From Lama guanicoe (Eukaryota): a stretch of 64,000 bases of DNA. The notes under the pieces were generated by a model. The model saw nothing but the letters and a program-made list of their open reading frames with translations, made no database searches and was not told where the DNA came from. This document shows positions 13,345-26,019 of this stretch, piece by piece. The DNA is taken from NCBI GenBank assembly GCA_013239625.1, contig MU053487.1, forward strand, positions 1 to 64,000, written 5' to 3'. Both the position numbers and the translations under genes were made by a program. Positions within the stretch are counted from its first letter, which is position 1, and each line of letters starts with the position of its first letter.

Positions 13345-13520
13345 AACAGAACTGTCCGCGGTGATGGAGGTGCTGCTCAACAGGGTAGCTACGTACTCCT
13401 GAGCCCTTGCAGGGTGGCTAGGGCAAGGGAGGAACTCAATTTTCACTTGGAATTAATTCAAATGGAAACATAATTAGCCACACACGACCAGAGGCTGGCG
13501 CATTGGACGGCACAGCTGAG
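13345..13520. mobile_element. MER3/MER33-like hAT relic
   Basis: attagccacac...cattggacggcacag resembles the MER3-type terminal motif. Confidence 0.45.
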
Positions 13521-13963
13521 GGGCAGCGGATGCCTGTGACTCCATCCTCAGAGCAGTCTCCCCGCGACTCACAAGTCCCAAGTCACAATCAGCGCTGGCT
13601 GAGGCTCCTGCAGCCGCCTCATCAGTCTCTGACTTCCTCGACTAAATCTAGAACTCGGGCTCCACACAGCAGCCAGATGAAAACCAGATGATGTTCATGC
13701 GTTCCTGCTTCTAACCTCCTTCTGTGCCTGTACCTTCCCCTTGCTCTCTGAGCCCCAGTGAACTCTCCCTCGTTTCCACCCAAAACTTGCTCTCCTGTGC
13801 ACGACCGTCCCCGGGCCTGTACCACGCCCGAAACCATCAGATCCCTCAGTCTCAACTCCATCATCACTTCCTCAGAGAGAAGAGAGACGGTCATCTTCCT
13901 CAATACTGGGCCCTCCATTCCAAGTCGCTTGCTATCCCTTTAACCTCTTCTTTTCCTTCTAGT

Positions 13964-14800
13964 TGTGAAATAAAATTCTTATTTTATGGCAAAACAAGGA
14001 AAAATCTAACCATAAAAAATTCTTCTGCCCTTTGGCCTCTCTCTCCAACACCGCGTAGTGCGTATCTGCATTCTGCATCGACCAAACCTACCCCATCAGC
14101 AGAAATACCTGCTCCACCATAAAGAGCAACGTTCCCCCAGCATCAACAAGACAGTCCCTTACAGATAGCCTTCCTTCTTGATCTTGTGAGGGGTCACATG
14201 ACCCACCAACATGCCGCTTAGATCTGCGTGATGTAAACTGTCAGCGATACGTTATTTGATGTACAGCCCTGTGTCTCAAAAAGACTTAGAAAACTGTGCC
14301 TTGATCTCTGACCACTGGAACAGTTCTTGGAGCTTTCTGAGATGCTCTTCCCGGGTTATAATCCTCCAATTTGGCTCAAATAAAAATTTCCGGGGAGTTT
14401 GAGCCAAGGCGGCAGAGAAGAGAGACTCACAGCTCACCCTCTCCCACAAATACACCAAGAATTGCATCTACAAACCCACCGAATCGCACAGAACACCTAC
14501 TGAACTCTGGCAGAGTGTCTCTCGTTTCAAAATACAAGACGATTCTCACAAAAATCTGATAAACAAGTTCATACTGTATAGCACAGGGAACTCTATTCAA
14601 TATCTTGTAGTAACTTATGGTGAAAAAGAATATGAAAATATATGAAAAGAATATATGTATGTTCCTATATGACTGAAGTATTGTGCTGTGCACCAGAAAT
14701 TGACACAACATTGTAAACTGAGTATACTTCAATAAAAATATATAAAATACTTTTAACGTCCATTTCTTTCTTAGCTCGGCTGATTAATTTTTCATCAACA
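13964..14800 (+). mobile_element. ERV1-type solo LTR, interrupted by an L1-derived insert
   Basis: TGTGAAA...TCAACA ends, 4-bp TSD tagt, AATAAA at 14379. Confidence 0.8.
14392..14750 (+). mobile_element. Bipartite L1: about 167 bp of 5' end joined to about 190 bp of 3' UTR
   Basis: The 5' part resembles the laurasiatherian L1 start (caaggcggc, ctcccacaaatacacc, cagaacacctactgaac); the 3' part matches the L1 end at 25143-25300. Confidence 0.7.
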
Positions 14801-15189
14801 TAGTTATTGTCATCGTTTGAAATTTTTGTCATTTGTTTCACTGGTTTATCAGCTATTTCCAGCATAAGCTGTGTTCATTCTTATTCAGGCCAAGCTTCTC
14901 AGAATCCAGCAGAGGAACATACAGTATACACCAATGGCATATTAACACTGGTTGATAATTCTGCCTGGGGAAAGATTCATCCCTACTCAGACTTCATGCT
15001 CCTCTGCTCCCAGGTTAAGAATTTGAGAGAATACTGTTCACTGGAAGAACAATGCACTGTTTGCATTCTCCCTTGACGAGCACTGTGATTTTTTTTTTAA
15101 GTGATTTTTTAAGGTGCTTAAAAAAAATCACTTTAAAAGAGTCAAATTTTTAAAACTTTTTTTTCTGTTTTCTTTTTTTAGGTTTTTAA

Positions 15190-15304
15190 ATTTTATTTTT
15201 ATTTTATTTTATTACTATTTTTTAAAATGGAGATACTGAGGATTGAACCTGGGACCTCACTCATTCTAAGCACGCCCTCTACTGCTGAGCTATACCCCAC
15301 CCCC
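15190..15304 (-). mobile_element. tRNA-Ala-derived SINE
   Basis: Reverse SINE head ctgagctatacccc. Confidence 0.88.
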
Positions 15305-15317
15305 AAAACATTCTATT

Positions 15318-15321
<4 letters not shown>

Positions 15322-15348
<27 letters not shown>

Positions 15349-15376
15349 ATGTGTATATATATATATATATATATAC
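15322..15376. repeat. (CA)n(TA)n microsatellite
   Basis: Read directly from the sequence. Confidence 0.95.
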
Positions 15377-15916
15377 ATTCTTGTTTCTTTTTAAAAAGCT
15401 ATGCTGAAATTATTGGTGAAGCGGGGAGTATGCACATGTCACCTAAAAGTAGATACACTCTGATTAATATATTGAGCCCCACTGAGGCCAAGCATTTGTA
15501 GAATTAACACCAGCGATTTCTGGGGCTTCCCGGGGAATGTCCCAGCTCAAACAGCTCCAGGACAAAGGCTGACTTTCTCTGACCATGGCTTGACCCTGGC
15601 AGACTCCCTGCCCTTTGCTTTGATAACTAAACTGGTAATAGTTCCAATGAATGATAGGTTCCAGGAAGTGCCTGACCTACTTTTGCGTTAATCAGAGAGA
15701 TGCCTATCTGTCTTAAATTCCCCAGACGGATATAAACCTCTCATAAGAATGTAAAGCAAAAGGGTCAATCCTGGTTTAGATCATAGCTTTAAAATGTTCA
15801 GATTTGGTTGGGTGTTCCTTTAATAACAACACTAAACTTGGGTTGAATGTTGACTGTGTCATACTCTGAAAAGAGACATGTAGACAGTCAGAAGACTTAA
15901 AAATGGAAATGACAGT

Positions 15917-16046
15917 GGGGAGGGTATAGCTCAGGTGGTAGAGTGCATGCTAAGCATGCACGAGGGCCTGGGTTCAGTCCCCGGTACCACCATTAAATAA
16001 ATAAATAAACCTAATTACCTCCCCTCTACCAAAAAAAAAAAAAAAA
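15917..16046 (+). mobile_element. tRNA-Ala-derived SINE
   Basis: Head plus aataaacctaattacctcccc tail and poly(A); degenerate TSD tggaaa(t/c)gaca. Confidence 0.92.
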
Positions 16047-16827
16047 GGTGGAAACGACAAACGTCCATTTCTCAAAGTGAAAAGGCTCTCATCCCACATG
16101 ATTCGTAAGTCTTTGTGAGGTTTACCTGGGAGGAAGCAAAATAGTGAGGCCCTGGCTTAGGGTTAAGATGTCAAGTAGACCTCCTGGAAGTCCAAGGGAG
16201 AAAATGAATCCTCCCCTTCCTCAGACCCAGAGGAGTCTGCAGCTGATGCAAACCATGTTCTGCATCTTCCTGGATCTCTGAGCAAAACAGCTAAAGAACC
16301 CTTATGGGTTCTCTGGATTTTAGGGCAGACCCAGATAGAACTGAAGTCACAAAAACACAGAATATTAGCATAAAAGATGAGTCACTTCCTCCTTCATCAA
16401 ACCCCAAAGATAAATTCCAACCTTTCTGCCTCCCCCACACACCACAATAACTCCATTTTTTTTATGACAACAGTTCTCACACTTCTGGAACAAAACTGAA
16501 AACTGGTGAGTGAAAACGTCCTCTGGGCAGCTGTATACCACTTGTTATAAAGTCCATGCCCTGAAAATGGTAGGAGATCCTCTTTCACTCAGAGCCTAGT
16601 TACTCCTGCTTACACGCCATTCTTACAATTCCTGCTACTCAATGTATATTTGTGCAAAGGAGTCTGATGATCTAGTCCCCAAGTTCACAGGACTTGTGAC
16701 CAGAAACAAAGAAGGAGGTGGAAACAGTGGATTTTGTAAGGGGTGAGAATAACCGTAAATCAGGTCAAACGAAGTTTGAAAAGTATATCAAATTCAGAAT
16801 GAAAGTCGGATCAAATGGTGCTAAGAT

Positions 16828-17253
16828 CTTGTGGCCGAACAGAAGAGGCCACAATTCTTTGCAGCTCCCTCTATCAACAGGTAGAATGTGTTTCTCCCTC
16901 TCTTGGATCTGGCTGGTCTATTGACTTGTTTTGGCCAAAGAACATGGAAGACGTGGCATGTGAAAGCTGACTTGGCCTCAAGAAGCCTTGGACATTTGCA
17001 TTCTTTCTTTGTACCCTGCCAGTCACCACGGCAACAAGCCCAGGATAGCTTGCTGGATGATGAGAGAGACATGGACCAATCTCCTTTGCTGCTGCAGCAG
17101 ACAGACAGCCAACCCCCAGAAGGAGGGCCTCCTTGCTGACTAGAAGGGCCTGCCCAGCTGAGGCCAGCAGAAGAGCCACCCAGTCACCCAACACTCCAGA
17201 TCAGAAGTTAAATAAATTTTGGGTTGGTTACACAGCAAAAGCTAACCAATACA
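16828..17253 (+). mobile_element. MLT1 (MaLR) LTR
   Basis: Ends in ggttacacagcaaaagctaaccaataca, a typical MLT1 3' terminus. Confidence 0.7.
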
Positions 17254-18899
17254 CATTTCCATGGCTTCGATACAGTAGCGTGCCACTTTTCAGTAAATGA
17301 TGTATAGCAGGAACCCAATTTAACAACAACAGACTCATCCTCTACTAGTCAGTTCCTCTTTTGTTAATCAGTCACCAAATCCCTGCACCTCTCTCACTGA
17401 GGGTTGTTGTAAGTGACTGAGAGGATGCAGGGAGCACTCAGCACAGTGGCTGGTGCACAGTGAGCTCCCCATGATGCCAGTCTTATTCTCCACAGCTGGG
17501 CCCTCCCCTCCATCCCCCCTGCTGCACTAATGTCCAGCTTCCTTCCTCCTCCCTGAACCACTTCTCCAGCAGAAGTGGTTTCGGGGGAATGAGGAGAAAG
17601 AACTCTGAATGTATCAGGTGGGAGGTGCCTATGAGGCCTCCAATGACAGGTCCACCCTGGCAGCTGGATGGGATGTTCCCCATCCTCAAAAATGCTGAGT
17701 TGAAGCTGGCACTGTGGGTGTCACCAGCACATCTGTGAGGATGACATCGCCTGGAAGTGTACAAAGGGGGCCCTGGATCAAGTTCTAAGGACTGAAACAC
17801 AGACGCTGAAGAAGAATCCTGAGAAGGAACAAAGGGAGGGAAAACCGGAAGTCTTCTCACAGATGCCAGGAAAGCTTCATGGGAGGAAGTGGTTATTCAT
17901 GTCAGACGGTACCTGTCAGAGGGCACGGGAGATGGGGCCCGAGAAATGTCTGGGGAGTGTCACCATGTAGGTGCTGGTGGCTGCGGCAGGGGCAGCTTCC
18001 AAGGGGTGTGGGAGCAGAGTTCCAAACCATCACCCTCTTCTCCGGGGCCAGTTCAGTAGGCTGGGTCCTTTCCTACCAGCCCCAAACCTGGGACAGGTGC
18101 CTCAGTGCTGTGTTCCCATAACCAGCACTCAGGGCACACCTTTAACTTACATTGTACCCCACTGCCCATTTGCACAGACTTGTATGTAGAGACTCAAGAC
18201 TGACAGGTCTTCTAGAGGTCAGCCCTGAGGCCTGGAAACACAGATGACAGTATTTCATTGTACTGAATGCAGGTTTATTTTTTGGCTGTGTACTAGATTT
18301 CAGTCATCCCTTCGATGGCCAAGAGCAGACAGCTCCTCCACTGGATGCTCAGTGAGTACTTGAGACCAAACATGCCCCACACAGGGCCTCTGACCCCCGA
18401 CCTGCGCTCCTTAGCCTCCCCACCTCCGAGACCCACATCTCCGTCCCTCCCGCTGTGCACACCCCAAGCTCCAGGGTCCTCCTGGACACTTCCTCTTCTC
18501 CAACACCACACCCAATCCTGCTGCAAATCTCGCCTTTTTTCCAAGCAATCCTGCGTAGTCTCACCTTCCACAATCCATGCCCACCCCACCCGCCAGCTGT
18601 GATCTTTCAAATGCAAATCAGTCCTTTCACTCTCTGCTTAGCACCCACCACTGGAGCACGGAGAAGCCCGATTCTTCATCACTACCCCGACTTGGCCCCC
18701 AGCAGCCCCCAGATCCTCACCTCCCATACTCTCTCCCCAGCTCGTGGGATCTTTCTTGCTCTGGGACTTTGCTTTCACAGTTTCCTGGTTCTGGAATGTA
18801 CCCCCTCTGCTTTTTCACTTGGATGCCCCATCCTTCAGGTCTCACTCAATGGTCACCTTCTCCTAGAAGCACCCCTGACCACTCCATATTCAGTACTTG

Positions 18900-19425
18900 T
18901 AAAACATGCCCGTAAATTCTCTGATACTGCTCCCCTCAAAAGGCAGAGTCTAATCCCAGTCCCAAGAACAGGGGCTGGACGTAATAACTCTCTTTCCAAC
19001 AACAGAATGTAACAAAATGATGCCATGTGACTTCCAAGGTTGGGTGATAAAAAAAAAAAAAGGATAGTTTCTGCCCAGTGCTCTCTTTTTTGGAACACTC
19101 CCTGTTGGGGGAAGCCGGCCACCATGTTGTGAGAACCCTCAAGCAGCCTGGGGAGAGGCCCGTGTAGGGAAGAATGAAGGCTCCCTGCCAACCACCTGCC
19201 AGCATGTGAGTAGCCACCTGGGTGGTGGATCCTTCAGCCCTGGTCAAGCCTTCAGATGATGCAGCCCTGGCTGGTGGCTTGACTGTAACTTCATGACAGC
19301 CCCTAAGCCAGAAGCAGCCAGCCAAGCCAGCCCCAAATTCCTGATCCACAGCAGCTGTGGGGATAATAAATGTTTACTGCTGTTTCGGGGTAAAATTTGT
19401 TACACAGCAACAGATCACTATTATG
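18900..19425 (+). mobile_element. MLT1F-like (MaLR) LTR
   Basis: aagccttcagatgatgcagccc and tttgttacacagcaacagatcacta motifs. Confidence 0.75.
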
Positions 19426-19774
19426 CCACAGAAATCAACAACACTGTCACTCCCACCCCTTATGTTTTATTACATCACCACGTTTATCATCTTCCTAATC
19501 GTTACCACCTCCTGAAATGATAGTGCTTAATTATGCTGTCCTCTCCACAAGCAGTGCCCGCGTCTCTCATGTCCACAAGCTCAAGAGCCCGTCACCAACT
19601 GCTCCCCCGCTTTCTGCGACATTCTACGCACTCTCTAGACCTATCACTTGGGTGCTTAAAACTGACCCTGTTTCCACAGAGTTCTCAAGGTAATATCCAA
19701 ACTCCTTGGTCCATGAGGCCATGAAACCCCCTTTCCAACTGCATTTTCTACCACTCCCCTCCTGGCTCTTTCTG

Positions 19775-20330
19775 GGATGTTTTCTTTGACACCAACTGGG
19801 TATCCAACAATTCAATTCTGACACCATCTACCAAGACTTGGCATCAGATCCCAAAAGTTAAAGTGCTCAGTCCCACAAGACCGCCCTCACTTCTGAATGG
19901 CCAGTTATAAATCAGGGGTTCCCGTAACCCCCTCCTCAGGATCAATAATTTGCTAGAATGGCTCACAGAACTCAGAAAGACCTTTTACTTACACTTACAG
20001 GTTTACTATAAAGGACAAGACTCAGGAATGGCCAGATAGAGAAGATTCACATGGCAAGGTGTGAGGGGTGGAGGGGCCGAGCTGCCAGCCCTCCCCAGGT
20101 GTACCTCCCATCCAGGTGTACCTCCCAGCACCTGGATGTGCTACCAACCCAGAAGCTCTCTAAATCCTGCTGTTCTAGAATTTTGATAGAATTCTATCTC
20201 CTACCCTTTATCCCAACTCCAGAGGTTGGGGAGTGGGGCTGAAAGTTCCAACCCTCTAGTTACATGGTCTTTCGTGGGACCAGGCCTGAGGATAAGACTG
20301 GTCACCAGAAAGACCAAATGATTGGAAAGC
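19775..20330. mobile_element. MER21-like LTR fragment
   Basis: caattcaattctgacacc...ctcagtcccacaagac...taatttgctagaatggctcacagaactcag. Confidence 0.65.
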
Positions 20331-21384
20331 TGGAGATTTCAAAAGAAGGATGCAGAAAAAAAATATATATATGTATATATACACACATAATTCAATAAAA
20401 AAAAGGATGCCAATGCCAAAAGAGTTTCAAACTAAAAGGGATTTTTGTCAGACCTTCATCATAATTATTTCGTGATTATTTTTACATCTTGAAAGAGGGA
20501 ATGTTTACCTTTAAAAAATAAAATTGTAGTTAGTCTGTATCCTATTTGGATTCTTAACGTTCCAAGATTAATTCTGGTAGAGGAAAAGTGGGACATTATC
20601 CCATCCCTCTGACCACTATGCTGTGCTATGTACCTAGACCTGCTGCAAGTGGTAAAAAATGCAGAAAGGCTACAGGGGATATTAACGTCAGACCTACCCC
20701 CACCCACCTGAAGGAGAGAAAGCAGCATACACGTCACCACATCGGCCAAGCATGGCATCTTAGGTCTGGCACATGTGACACAGCGGGGCACTGAGGAACA
20801 CGGGCTACTGCCGGGAGCTCGTGGTCAAGTGAGAGTTCTGTGTGGACAGCACGCTGGCTTGAGTCTCTCGGACAGAGCAAAACCTGCCTGACCTTTCCCC
20901 ACTGAACGAAATCGCAGCTGACGTTCTGAACCAGAAAGCCACATCCGACTCAAGCAAGGCCAAGTAATCAGAAATGACTTATCTCATCAATCACCCTTAT
21001 CAGTGACTTCATTCATTGCATCAAGGTAGTTTCTCAACAGCAAGTGAGTATCCGGGACAGGGGTCTGGACAGGGCCCCCCTGCTGGAGGAGGATGGGGGG
21101 GTTAGTGGGCCCGGAAGCAGAGTCCTGGGAACGCACAGACCTCCGGGGTCCACCCTCCGCCCCTCCCACCTGCCGAAGGGCTCATTCTCCCAAAAGTCAT
21201 AACTCCGTGCCCTGTGGGGGGTGGGATCTGTCTGTTCTGCATCTGCTGATCATTCAGAACCTTAGGAGCTGGGCCTGGGACTGTCATCAGCAACAGGGAC
21301 CACCGCTCACCAGACAGTAACAGAAAACACGCGTCCTCTATTTTACGAGCAATACGTGTACGTCCTGTGATCGACGCAACCCAG

Positions 21385-21840
21385 TGTTGAGCCAACTGAC
21401 ATCCTTCAAAGCCCAACGCCCCCCATTCCTGGGCTCTCAGACGTCTGCCTGTGATCCCTCAGCAGATAAAGTACATTCTTTACTAAGCGTGTTTCCTCTA
21501 ACAAACTAATAGCCTAGGTAATGCCTGAGCTCACCGGCTTGTTTCAGCTCATGAGTCATAGACCCCACCGCCCCTCACGGACCTTAAACCTCTTACCTCA
21601 CCTGTAACCAATCAGAGACTTGTGCACAAGCCGATCAGGCACCTCGTGACCCGACCTCATAAAAGACCCCGACAACCGGCCCTCGGCGCTCACACAGACA
21701 CGTCTTGTCTGTGTGTCCGCTGTTGTCCGTGGCAGTGCACCCTAATAAACTCCTTTCCTATTATACTTTATCTCTGGTAAATTCTTTAACCAACACGTGC
21801 ATCACCATATCATCAAATGGCCCGCGTGGTGTCCACAACA
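21385..21840 (+). mobile_element. Intact solo LTR (456 bp)
   Basis: TGTTG...CAACA inverted ends, perfect 5-bp TSD cccag, CCAAT near 21609, CATAAAA near 21658, AATAAA near 21744. Confidence 0.85.
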
Positions 21841-22649
21841 CCCAGGTCCACAGACCCCGTGGATGTTAAAGTATATCATTTGTGGTTTTTAGCGTTAACT
21901 ACAAAGCTGTGCAACCATCATCTCTAAAAGAAACCCTGTGCCCTTTAGTGTTTGCTCCCCATTTCCCCGCCAATACTCCCTTTTCCCTGCTCTGGACAAC
22001 CACTCCTTTCCTTGTGTCTACAGATCTACCTGCTCTACACATTTCATGTAAATGGAACCCTGCCGAATGCACAGGCACCAGCTGGCACTGCAGTCTGCCC
22101 CTCACACGAGGTACTCAGGTCTCTAAGCTTCTATCTGCTCATCTGCAAACTGGAGGTGCTGCTGGGACATCCTACCACAGAGGCCTCCTTTGATGATGAT
22201 CAAGATAGTGTCTCTTAAGCGTTGAGCAGAATGCCTGGGTCAGTAACTCTTAGGTGTGACATCTCTGTGGCCTGGCCAAGGGGAGCCCCCACTGACCTCC
22301 AAGAACATCCCATGCTTTTCCATTTCTTTACCTTCCCATCTACTATTCTTTGACCTGAAATTCCCTCCCTGACGAAGCCTCTGATTCTGATGAAGGGCCG
22401 CCCACCCTTCAGGTATGTTTCAAGCTCCATCTCAGCCACCTGGCCATTCTTGTATTTTCAGTAACAGGTTCTCTTTCTGCTTTGCAGCTCCTGAAGGTTC
22501 TTTCACTTAAGGCACTAAACGGACTCACCTGGTGGCTCATCTGGTGAGCAATGATTTGCGCTGAGTCTTCTCATTGGCCTGGTCCTGCCACTGCAGCGCC
22601 AGCAAAGCCCCCACCACTAACAGGACCGCCCGAGGGCCTACACTCCCCC

Positions 22650-23218
22650 TGAAATGGAGCAGGACCCTGTGGGGTCCTCCCGCAGTACAAGTCCGCGTTC
22701 CCTGTTTCTTGTCTGTATGGAACAGGCTGCATTCAGCCTCCTTGACGTTCCCTGAGTTCCAAAGGGCAGATTTAAACAGTTGCTAATCAAGGAAGGGAGT
22801 GGGTACAGAAATATGGGAGGAGTCAGGAAACAATAGTGCAGCCTTGGGGCAGGGTCCTGGTTCCTCCTCAAGGAACAGACAGAACAATACCTTTGAGTGC
22901 CTCTGCAGGGACTAAGCCCCCTGCCCTCCCGCCCCCAGGGGGAGGGTGGTAACTTCAGACTGAGCACAAGATTCCTGGAGCAATGCCCTGTTACCTCCCC
23001 TCCAACCAATCACACAGTGAGTCACACACCTGGCAGCACTTACCCCAAATTTTGCCCATTAAAAACTTCTCCCTGAAAACCACTGGGGAGTTTGGGGTTT
23101 TCAAGCATGAGCCACCCGTCCTCCTTGCTCGGCCCCGCAGTAAACCTTTCTCTGCTCCAAACGCCGACATTTAGATTTGTTTGGCCTTGTTGGGCACACG
23201 AACTCGTGTTGGGTCACA
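22650..23218 (+). mobile_element. ERV1-type solo LTR (569 bp)
   Basis: TGAAAT...TCACA ends with cccc flanks, CCAAT near 23006, AGTAAA signal near 23139. Confidence 0.75.
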
Positions 23219-24153
23219 CCCCCCGCAGCGTGCTTTCTTCCCAGCAACGGGCCTCGTCCCCGCCTCTCACCTGAAAGCACTCACAGGGCAGCAGGCCCAG
23301 GGCGCAGGCAGAGAAGAATGCACCCCGTGACACAGACGGCCCCTTGGGTGGAACCAGGGCCAGCCTAAGAGGGATGGCGCATCACGGTGCTGAGCCCAGG
23401 CAGGGCCCAGGGCACTCAAGGGGGACCAAGGGTCTAGGGAGGTTTCAGAGAGGAGTTAAGGCCAGTACTGATGCTGTGATGGCCAGGTGGGCAGAGGGAG
23501 GGGATGAAAAAGCACCAACAGAGGACACGAGGAGGGAGAAGGTGAGAAAACGGGAGCAGGACAAGGCTGTGTGCTCAGGTGGGGGCTCAGCTTTGTTTTT
23601 AGGCCCCAGAGCCCCCAGATATCACCTCTTGGCTGCAACCCAGGGGCTGGCAAGAAGACGGGAAGGCGGACAAAATGCAAGAGGAGGAAGTGAGAGAACA
23701 GGACCTTGGCCTGGAGGGAGGGAGAAGGTGGGGAGCAGACCCGAGCTGATGCTTCCTCCTCAGGCCCACAGGGCAGGAAGTGAGGGTGGAGGCAGAGATA
23801 AGTCTGACAGGAAGCTGAGGAACAAAGGAGCTACACCTGATAGTGGAGGGGGCGGGGGAAGAGGGAGGTGGGTTAGGGAGAGAGGTGGAGGTCAGAGAGG
23901 CCAACTGGGGATGGGGACGAGGGAGGCCAGGGATGGATGAGTAAGCCGTGGGCCTCCAGAGAGGCTGGAGACAGGGAGGGGATCGTGGCTCTGATGAACG
24001 GGCTGGAGGAGACCCCCCTAGGGCTGCCCAGTTCCTGGTGAACCAGCAAAGGCCAATGGTGGACCCACTCCCAAAGGAGGAGGAACAAGGAGACAGAGTG
24101 GAAGGGCAAGGGGGCCTGGGGATTGATGGCTCTTAAAAAATAAAACGGTAGTA

Positions 24154-24320
24154 GGGGGGAGGGTATAGCTCAGTGGTAGAGCGCATGCTTAGCAAGCACG
24201 AGGTCCTGGGTTCAAATCCCCAGTACCTCCTCTAAAAATAAAGAAATAGGTAAACCTAATCACCTCCCCCACAGAAAACTAAATAAATAAATGAATTACT
24301 CTTCAAAAAATATTTTTTAA
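24154..24320 (+). mobile_element. tRNA-Ala-derived SINE
   Basis: Near-consensus head and A-rich tail. Confidence 0.92.
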
Positions 24321-25142
24321 AAAATGGTGGTGACGTCTAGGCAGGACGGGGAAGAACGGCGCCTTCATGGTGGAGTTTCAGGTCATCAGCTAAGTGAACG
24401 AACAGGCTTGGGAGGCAGGAGAGTCAGGGGCAGAAACACGAAACATGTGGCCAGGGAGAGGATCGTGAGCTTAAAATTCCAGAGGTGCGTCACCAAGAGA
24501 CACTTTATGCTGGGCCCTAAACCCATAAACCAAGATTTTGCAACCACCACCACTGTTTAATTGGGGGACATTTCCACACCCCCCCAAACAAGCCCCATTC
24601 CCACTTGCAGTCAGTCGGAGGCAACCATTAACGTACTTTCTGTCTCTATAGATTTGCCTTTTCTGAACGTTTCATATAAATGGGATCATACAGTATATGG
24701 TCTTTCATAACTGGCTTCTTTTACTCAGCGTAATGTTTTTCGGATGCATCCACATTACAGCCTGAATCAGTAGTCTGCTCCTTTTCACTGTGGAATACTC
24801 TTCCATAGCAGGGATATTCCACATTTTATTTATCCATCCATCAGCCGATAGACACTCTGAATTATTTCCAATTTTTGGCTCTCATGATAATGCTACTGTG
24901 AACATGTGCATGTAAGTCTTTGCGCAGACACGTGTTTTCAGTTCTCTTGGAAACACCCAGGAGTAGGATTGATGAATTCTAAGTTAATTATATATTTATC
25001 CCTTAAAGAACTGCCAAATTGTGCTCCAAAGCGTTTGTAACGTTTTACATTCCCACTAGCAAAGCAGGAGGGTTCCTGTTTTCTCCACATCCTTGCCAAC
25101 ATTCGTTCCTGTCCATCTTTCATTATTCAAGCCATTCTAATC

Positions 25143-25307
25143 GCACAGGGAATTATATTCAATACCTTGTAGTAACTTATGGTGAAAAAGAATATGAAAA
25201 CAAATACATATATATATATGTTCCTGTATGACTGGAAATATTGCACTGTACCCCAGGAATTGACACAACATTGTAAGCTGACTATACTTCAATAAAAATT
25301 TTTTAAA
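25143..25307 (+). mobile_element. Younger 5'-truncated L1 3' end
   Basis: 11-bp TSD aagccattcta at 25129-25139 and 25308-25318; AATAAA and tail. Confidence 0.85.
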
Positions 25308-25469
25308 AAGCCATTCTAGCAGGTGTGAAGTGGTGTTTTTATTGTGGTTTTGATTTGCACTTTCTTAATGATGTTGAGCATTAAGCATCTTTTCATGTAC
25401 TCACTTATCAGCCTTTTATATATCTTCTTTGGTGAAATGCCCTTGCAAGTCCTTTGCCTACTTTAAAAA

Positions 25470-25592
25470 AAATTTTTTTTGATGGGGGAGGTAATTAGGT
25501 TTGTTTGTTTGTATTTTAAGGAGGCACTGGGGATGGAATCCAGGACCTCATGCATGCTAAGCACACGCTCTACCACTGAGCTATGTTTCCCG
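25470..25592 (-). mobile_element. tRNA-Ala-derived SINE
   Basis: Reverse SINE head and tail. Confidence 0.88.
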
Positions 25593-26019
25593 CTCCTTTG
25601 CTCATTTTTGATTGGGTTGGTTGTCTTCCTGTCATTGAGTTATAAGAATTCTTTACATATTCTAGGATCAAGTCCTTCATCAGATATATGATTTGAAAAT
25701 ATTTTCTTCCAGTCTGTGGCTTGGATTTTCATTTTCTTACTAATGTCTTTTAAAGGCAAAACACTTTTAATTTTGATGAAGTCCAATTTACCCCATTTTT
25801 TCCTTTAAGGGTCATGCATTAGGTCTCAAATCTAAGAACTCTTTGCCTGACCCAAGGTCATAAGGATTTTTCTCCTTCCAGAAGTTTTATAGAGGAATTA
25901 AATTAGAAATCAATAAAAATAAGACATGCTAAAAAAAGGGCCCCACAAATATATGGAAATCAAACAACGCATTTCTAAATAATCTATGTTTCAAGAAAGA
26001 GAGAAACTTGTCCTCGTGG

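Larger units (their letters stand above)
24560..25890 (-). mobile_element. L1MB-like ORF2-end/3' UTR fragment with nested L1 and SINE insertions
   Basis: Reverse L1 motifs; ORF 24938..25123 resembles a decayed ORF2 C-terminus. Confidence 0.8.

Noticed and set aside
20839..21384. Leftward extension of the 21385 LTR, or internal ERV sequence
   Set aside because: The 5-bp TSD cccag closes the element at 21385-21840, and no PBS, gag or pol remnant is visible.
23344..23940. 198-aa G/R/E-rich plus-strand ORF
   Set aside because: Purine-rich, low-complexity sequence, probably decayed L2, which lacks stops for compositional reasons; no recognisable domain.
24154..24230. tRNA-Ala(AGC) gene, and the ~20 similar copies
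   Set aside because: Each is followed by the shared AATAAA/cctaattacctcccc tail, many have TSDs, and stems carry scattered mismatches. These are SINE heads, not tRNA genes.
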